From Candidatus Nomurabacteria bacterium (GTDB taxonomy: Bacteria; Patescibacteriota; Minisyncoccia; Phycocordibacterales; UBA9973), in contig JADLDV010000031.1 in assembly GCA_020846455.1 (NCBI GenBank), forward strand, positions 1 to 50,150: a stretch of DNA of 50,150 nt, given 5' to 3'. Position 1 is the stretch's first letter. Each line of letters starts with the position of its first letter. The position numbers were made by a program, and so were the translations under genes. Shown here piece after piece: positions 45,559 through 50,150 of this stretch. The notes beneath the pieces were generated by a model. That model did not search any database and was not told the DNA's origin. It saw only the letters and a list, made by a program, of their open reading frames with translations.

Positions 45559-46395
45559 ATGAAAAGAGTAATTATCGTACATCGTTGGGAAGGAGGATCA
45601 CATGATGATTGGCGTCCATGGCTAAAATCAGAACTTGAAAAACTCGGATATGAAGTTCAGGTTCCTGATATGCCAGACACTGACGTTCCAGTTATAGATA
45701 AGTGGGTTTCTAAACTTACAGAAGTAGTCGGAACACCAGATGTGAATACATATTTCGTGGGGCATTCAATTGGTTGTCAAACGATTCTTAGATATTTAGA
45801 AACAATTGATACACCCGTTGGCGGGGCTGTCTTTGTTGCTGGTTGGTTTAATCTAGACAACATGGAAGACGAAGACGTGAAAGAAATTGCACGACCATGG
45901 ATTGAAACACCAATTGATTTGGCTAAAGTAAAATCTATTCTTCAAGTAGCAACACTTATTATTTCAGAAAACGATCCGTATGGCTGTCTGGAAGAAAATA
46001 AGCAAAGATTCTCAGAGGTTATGACAAAAGGTATTGTGATTCCAAACGCAGGACATTTCACTACTGAAGATGGCTACACTGAAATGCCTCTAGTGGTTGA
46101 TGAGCTCAAAGGTTTCCTTGCTCCTGATATTTTAAAACTTCGATTGAAGAAAGAAGGATTTTCTCATGTATTTGATTGGCACGATGAGCCGAATACTGAA
46201 TATCCTGAACACTCACACAGGGGTAAGGTTTCTTTTTATGTTCTTAAGGGATCAGTAACTTTCTTTGGAGAAATCAATTCAACAGTAAATTCAGGAGAGA
46301 GATTTGATGTTCCTGTTGGAGTAAAGCATTCAGCAATAGTTGGACCTGATGGATGTGATTGGATTGTTGGAGAAGAAATTGAGGGAGATTCATAA
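45559..46395 (+). CDS. alpha/beta (YdeN-like) serine hydrolase fused to a cupin domain
   Basis: 'FVGHSIGC' nucleophile elbow; C-terminal 'EHSHRGKVSFYVLKGSV...VPVGVKHSA' cupin motifs. Confidence 0.7.
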   Translation: MKRVIIVHRWEGGSHDDWRPWLKSELEKLGYEVQVPDMPDTDVPVIDKWVSKLTEVVGTPDVNTYFVGHSIGCQTILRYLETIDTPVGGAVFVAGWFNLDNMEDEDVKEIARPWIETPIDLAKVKSILQVATLIISENDPYGCLEENKQRFSEVMTKGIVIPNAGHFTTEDGYTEMPLVVDELKGFLAPDILKLRLKKEGFSHVFDWHDEPNTEYPEHSHRGKVSFYVLKGSVTFFGEINSTVNSGERFDVPVGVKHSAIVGPDGCDWIVGEEIEGDS

Positions 46396-46499
46396 TTAAA
46401 AAAGATAGGTATTTGAGACACCATCAAAATACGCACTTCTGTGTCTCATTTACAAAATACCTAGCTTTTTAGGTGTGTTGCATTGTCGCATTTTACAAC

Positions 46500-46565
46500 C
46501 ATCAAAATTGGCATTTGTTGGCATTTGGGATTCATCAAAATGGGGATTTGTAGGGATTTGGAATT
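46500..46565 (+). repeat. two tandem 33-nt units (28/33 identical), each with an internal 10-nt sub-repeat
   Basis: catcaaaattggcatttgttggcatttgggatt / catcaaaatggggatttgtagggatttggaatt; a third CATCAAAAT lies at 46422. Confidence 0.8.
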
Positions 46566-46699
46566 ACCCCCTTAACTGGAAAAGAGCCCCCTATGCGAGT
46601 GGGTCATTGGATTTCATGTTATAATCCTCAAATACCTTTATGGGGTCTCACATCATTACGTCCGAGACTCGAGTGGGGCACATCTAAAAACACAAAAGT

Positions 46700-46729
46700 A
46701 AAAACAGCACCTTTCAGTGCTGTTTTTTA
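46700..46729. terminator. intrinsic terminator
   Basis: acagcac-loop-gtgctgt between an A-run and T6. Confidence 0.6.
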
Positions 46730-47410
46730 ATGCTGATGCATCAAACTTAATACATACGCAATCAAGATACCAATGACGCTCCATGAAAAATACAGGTCTT
46801 GTTTAAACTTATTTCGAAGCCACAGGAAAATATCAGTAGCAATAAGTGTATACAACCCAATACTTAAGTATGAAGAAATTTCATAAAACAACGTTCCTTC
46901 ACCAACAGAAATACCAGCAAGTACAACCAGGACACCAAGCCCAATACCTAAACTAGAAGCACCAAGTGTTACTAATGTCACAATGTTATTGGTATATGAC
47001 ATTGATTTCAATGTTGTATACAATGCAGTGATTCTAATCATTTCATGAATCGATATCATCAACAAAAGCACCAACAAACTCTGTACACCTTTTTGAATAG
47101 TGAGCGCAAATAACGCTCCGTCAAAAAAAGTATGGACCAAGCTCGCAAGGGCAATTAGTCCCAGAAATACTTTGTCGTCTTTTGTGGGATTGTGAACATG
47201 ATCACAACATGAAACATGTTTTGCTAAAAACTGCGCAACACCCACACCGATCAACACACTCACTACTACATAAAAAGATTTCTCCAACGCAACACCTTGT
47301 TCAAAAACTTCATGTATCTGGTTCAAACAAAGCCCAAAAATAAAACCGACTCCAATATAGAGAAGATACGCTGTTTTGCTATGTGTTTTTATATTCATAC
47401 TATGTGTCAT
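46727..47410 (-). CDS. ZIP-family metal (zinc) transporter-like membrane protein
   Basis: 'VHTFFDGALFA' and 'SIHEMIRITAL' resemble ZupT/ZIP TM4-TM5 motifs; 'CCDHVH' loop. Confidence 0.6.
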   Translation of the reverse strand: MTHSMNIKTHSKTAYLLYIGVGFIFGLCLNQIHEVFEQGVALEKSFYVVVSVLIGVGVAQFLAKHVSCCDHVHNPTKDDKVFLGLIALASLVHTFFDGALFALTIQKGVQSLLVLLLMISIHEMIRITALYTTLKSMSYTNNIVTLVTLGASSLGIGLGVLVVLAGISVGEGTLFYEISSYLSIGLYTLIATDIFLWLRNKFKQDLYFSWSVIGILIAYVLSLMHQH

Positions 47411-47426
47411 TTTTTTTATTTTTTCT

Positions 47427-47447
47427 AAATGCGAATTATTTGCATTT
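47427..47447. promoter_or_regulatory. Zur/Fur-box-like 10-1-10 palindrome
   Basis: aaatgcgaat-t-atttgcattt (9/10 symmetric) in the 72-nt divergent region between the ZIP-like and Fur-family genes. Confidence 0.5.
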
Positions 47448-47482
47448 GTTTCTAGAATAGACTATACTCTTTTTATAGACAT

Positions 47483-47920
47483 ATGTCAAAACATACACAC
47501 AAAAGAGAAGCGCCTGAACTGCTTCTCCAAAACGCTGGACTGAAGAAAACAAAAGCGAGACTGGCAATACTGACATATCTACAAGAGCATCCGACGCCAC
47601 ACTCCCCTGAAGATATATCTCGCGCACTAGTAAATAACACTGATACCTCAACCATATACCGATCACTCGAGACACTGGAATCATGTCGTATTCTCACTAG
47701 GATTGATTTTAAAAAAGGAAGAGCGTACTATGAAATAGTAGATCCTGACCACCACCATCACCATATAACATGTACTGATTGTGGCATGATTGAAGATGTG
47801 CCTGTATGTGACGTAGAGATGCTTATAAAAAAAGCTCTCTCAAAAACAAAAACGTTTGATTCCATACACACCCATACATTAGAATTTTTTGGACATTGTA
47901 GTCGCTGTAAAAATAATTAA
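47483..47920 (+). CDS. Fur-family transcriptional repressor (Zur-like)
   Basis: wHTH 'KTKARLAILTYL', 'HHHHHITCTDCG', C-terminal 'GHCSRC'. Confidence 0.9.
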   Translation: MSKHTHKREAPELLLQNAGLKKTKARLAILTYLQEHPTPHSPEDISRALVNNTDTSTIYRSLETLESCRILTRIDFKKGRAYYEIVDPDHHHHHITCTDCGMIEDVPVCDVEMLIKKALSKTKTFDSIHTHTLEFFGHCSRCKNN

Positions 47921-47931
47921 TACTATAACTT

Positions 47932-48324
47932 ATGAAAAATATACTTATCTGGTCTCTTGTTACTATTGTTTTTGTTGGAGGAATACTTGTGCTCGTCAAA
48001 AAACCTTCTGGTCCTGGAAAATATGATCAATTTGCACAATGTCTCGCCGACAAAGGTGCGAAATTCTACGGTGCATTTTGGTGTCCTCACTGTCAAAATC
48101 AAAAACGTATGTTTGGTAGTAAGTCTGCAAAACTCCTTCCATATACAGAATGTTCTACCCCTGACGGCAAAGGCACAACGCAAGCATGTATCGATGCAGG
48201 TGTAAAAAGTTATCCAACATGGAAATTTGCTGATGGTACTGAACTTGTCGGAGAAATCCCCCTTGCACAACTCGCAGAAAAAACATCATGTGTTCTCGAA
48301 CAACCTGTAACTGAAACACCTTAA
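47932..48324 (+). CDS. membrane-anchored thioredoxin-like protein
   Basis: N-terminal TM, 'FYGAFWCPHCQNQKRMFG' as in VKOR-associated Trx domains. Confidence 0.75.
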   Translation: MKNILIWSLVTIVFVGGILVLVKKPSGPGKYDQFAQCLADKGAKFYGAFWCPHCQNQKRMFGSKSAKLLPYTECSTPDGKGTTQACIDAGVKSYPTWKFADGTELVGEIPLAQLAEKTSCVLEQPVTETP

Positions 48325-48332
48325 TTACTTAT

Positions 48333-48854
48333 ATGCTTACTTACTTACCTTTCATCAACACACTCATCGGTATCGGCGTAACACTTGCCGGAATCAATGG
48401 AATAATCGCGTTTTATTTCTTCATTACAAAAAAAGAAAACGCATACACCAGATGGGTGCAAAAATATGCACTTTGGATTGGATTAAAAATTTCTGTACTT
48501 GCAGTACTCGTAAGTCTATTCTATTCAGATGTCGTTGGATATCTTCCGTGCAAGCTTTGTTGGTTTGCGAGAATATTCATGTACCCACAAGTTATCCTTT
48601 TTGCTATTGCACTCCGCAAAAAAATTCCTGTCAGACTCTATAGCATAGCACTCACCATCGGAGGACTTTTGATCACACTCTATCATAATTATATTTATCT
48701 CGGCGGATACTCACCGCTTCCTTGTGATGCAGCAGCATCTTGTACACAACGATTCGTGTTCGAACTTGGATTCATTACGATACCATTTATGGCAACAGCG
48801 GGATTCGTCGCGATTTTAGGAGTACTGCTTTTGTATAAAGAACATAATGCGTAA
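48333..48854 (+). CDS. disulfide bond formation protein B (BdbC-type)
   Basis: 'LPCKLCWFARIFMYPQ' and a second Cys pair 'PCDAAASC'; four TM helices. Confidence 0.8.
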   Translation: MLTYLPFINTLIGIGVTLAGINGIIAFYFFITKKENAYTRWVQKYALWIGLKISVLAVLVSLFYSDVVGYLPCKLCWFARIFMYPQVILFAIALRKKIPVRLYSIALTIGGLLITLYHNYIYLGGYSPLPCDAAASCTQRFVFELGFITIPFMATAGFVAILGVLLLYKEHNA

Positions 48855-49980
48855 TTTTATTATTACACTATGTGTCTTTTTCAGTACATTCTTGCCCGCA
48901 CACCACACACTCTCAGCAGAACTTGTTCAAGAAAAACATGATATTGTACGAGCTCAAGTTACCGACGTAAAAAGTGCTGCAGAAAAAGTTGTCGAAGGAA
49001 CAAATATTGCTACAAATGAGCAGATAATTAGTGTAAAAATCCTCGAAGGTGTCGACGCAAACAAAAGTATTGAACTTATCAATGATTATATCCAACTCAA
49101 AGATAATCAAAAGTTTTTTCTTAATCGTATAGAAAAAGATACAGGTGATGTTGTCTATAGTGTTGCTGACACAAACCGTCTTCCAATACTCGGTGGTTTA
49201 TTTTCACTTTTCTTGATTGTCGTGTTTTTTGTTGGAGGAAAACAAGGAATTCGGGGGTTACTCAGCTTAGCATTGAGTATCTTCTGTATCGTGTTTCTTC
49301 TATTGCCAGGAATCATGAAAGGATATTCACCACTTTGGGTAAGTTTCAGCGTTTCAGGACTTATTATTGTTGTTGGTTCATATATTACACACGGATTCAA
49401 CAGGACAACAACGGCCGCGGTAATTGGCATGCTTGGAACAGTACTCTTTACTGGTATCCTTGCGTACTTTGCAGTAGAATGGTCTTCATTTACAGGAATG
49501 ACTTCTGATGAGTCACTCTATCTGAATATAAATACACAAGGCGTCCTTGATTTTACAGGACTCCTGTTGGGAGGAATTATGATTGGACTTCTTGGTGTAC
49601 TGTACGATAGCGCTATAGGACAAGCAGTATTTGTAGAAGAACTCTATCGCTCAAACAAAGATATTTCTGAAAAATCAGTATTCAAAAAAGCAATTCGTGT
49701 CGGAAGAGAACACATTGGCGCACTTGTTGATACACTTGCGATTGCATATGTCGGTGCATCACTGCCTTTGTTTCTGCTTTTACAAACAACTGAAAACTTC
49801 AGTTTGTTTGTGCTAAATCGAGAAATGTTCGCCGCAGAAATAGTTCGTATCCTCGTTGGAAGTATTGGATTGATTCTTGCAGTACCAGCAACGACAGTTG
49901 TCTCTGTGTTTTTCTTAAGAAAATACCGAGGTCAAGAAATTCACGGACACGAAACACATCACCACCATCACTCTCACTAA
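48847..49980 (+). CDS. YibE/F-family membrane protein with His-rich C-terminus
   Basis: signal/TM, extracytoplasmic domain, then about 6 TM helices; tail 'HGHETHHHHHSH'. Confidence 0.7.
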   Translation: MRNFIITLCVFFSTFLPAHHTLSAELVQEKHDIVRAQVTDVKSAAEKVVEGTNIATNEQIISVKILEGVDANKSIELINDYIQLKDNQKFFLNRIEKDTGDVVYSVADTNRLPILGGLFSLFLIVVFFVGGKQGIRGLLSLALSIFCIVFLLLPGIMKGYSPLWVSFSVSGLIIVVGSYITHGFNRTTTAAVIGMLGTVLFTGILAYFAVEWSSFTGMTSDESLYLNINTQGVLDFTGLLLGGIMIGLLGVLYDSAIGQAVFVEELYRSNKDISEKSVFKKAIRVGREHIGALVDTLAIAYVGASLPLFLLLQTTENFSLFVLNREMFAAEIVRILVGSIGLILAVPATTVVSVFFLRKYRGQEIHGHETHHHHHSH

Positions 49981-50150
49981 TTACAGGGTAGATAAAAGAT
50001 ATTTTTCAAATGCAACGTACGGGTCTTGATTATCTCTACGAGAGCGAGATATGAGAGTTGCAATATCATACACCATGTGACGAAGTTCGTCTGTGGTGTA
50101 TTTTTGTATTCCCTTTTTTGCTTGGGTTAGAGTAAACGGCTTCAGATTAA
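49981..50150 (-). CDS. 3' end of an unidentified gene (partial)
   Basis: open frame to the window edge ending '...DPYVAFEKYLLSTL*'; no motif recognised. Confidence 0.3.
   Translation of the reverse strand, partial: NLKPFTLTQAKKGIQKYTTDELRHMVYDIATLISRSRRDNQDPYVAFEKYLLSTL

Noticed and set aside
46500-46565. Possible CRISPR array
   Set aside because: There are only two directly adjacent 33-nt units with no spacers and no cas genes in the window, so this is a tandem repeat and not CRISPR.
1-50150. Alternative genetic code (for example TGA or TAA reassigned), suggested by the in-frame TAA in the recombinase
   Set aside because: Standard-code translation gives long intact ORFs for all conserved genes. 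TAA, TAG and TGA all occur as terminal codons of well-supported genes, so the TAA at 23447 is a local event.

Overview
AT-rich, gene-dense bacterial window. The core genes (rplS, rpsT, ruvA, ruvX, mutM, tag, msrA, mscL, seven tRNAs) plus many small DUF-type membrane proteins suggest a reduced Patescibacteria/CPR-like genome; that assignment is inference only. Standard genetic code. No rRNA genes and no CRISPR array. Two accessory segments each begin immediately 3' of a tRNA gene. Island A (about 21.0-34.9 kb, after tRNA-Arg(GCG)) carries a TrmB-like regulator, an interrupted large serine recombinase and a SAM-methyltransferase/phosphoribosyltransferase operon facing a wHTH gene across a perfect palindrome. 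It also carries a GC-rich structured-RNA candidate, a phage-like module (T5orf172, TerS-like HTH, ParB-DNA methylase) and an AbiL-like AAA-ATPase/RloB pair. The remainder is a DUF2188 / SMODS-like nucleotidyltransferase / small 3-TM protein operon (CBASS-like, the best candidate for an undescribed system), a GC-rich IS256-family transposase and a MORN protein. A 10-bp direct repeat brackets this island. Island B (39.2-43.4 kb, after tRNA-Lys) carries a GHKL ATPase with an Rx4H (HEPN-like) tail, a C5 cytosine methyltransferase and a second serine recombinase paralog. Both recombinase paralogs are broken at the same codon, one by an in-frame TAA and one by a 7-bp tandem duplication. Other notable core features are a copper nitrite reductase whose type-1 Cu axial ligand looks like Gln, a front-end-type fatty-acid desaturase, two paralogous HExxH proteins, a Zur-box-like palindrome ahead of a Fur/Trx/DsbB/YibE-F operon, and a repeat-rich non-coding gap between convergent genes. 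All functional calls come from motifs read by eye. No database search was run.
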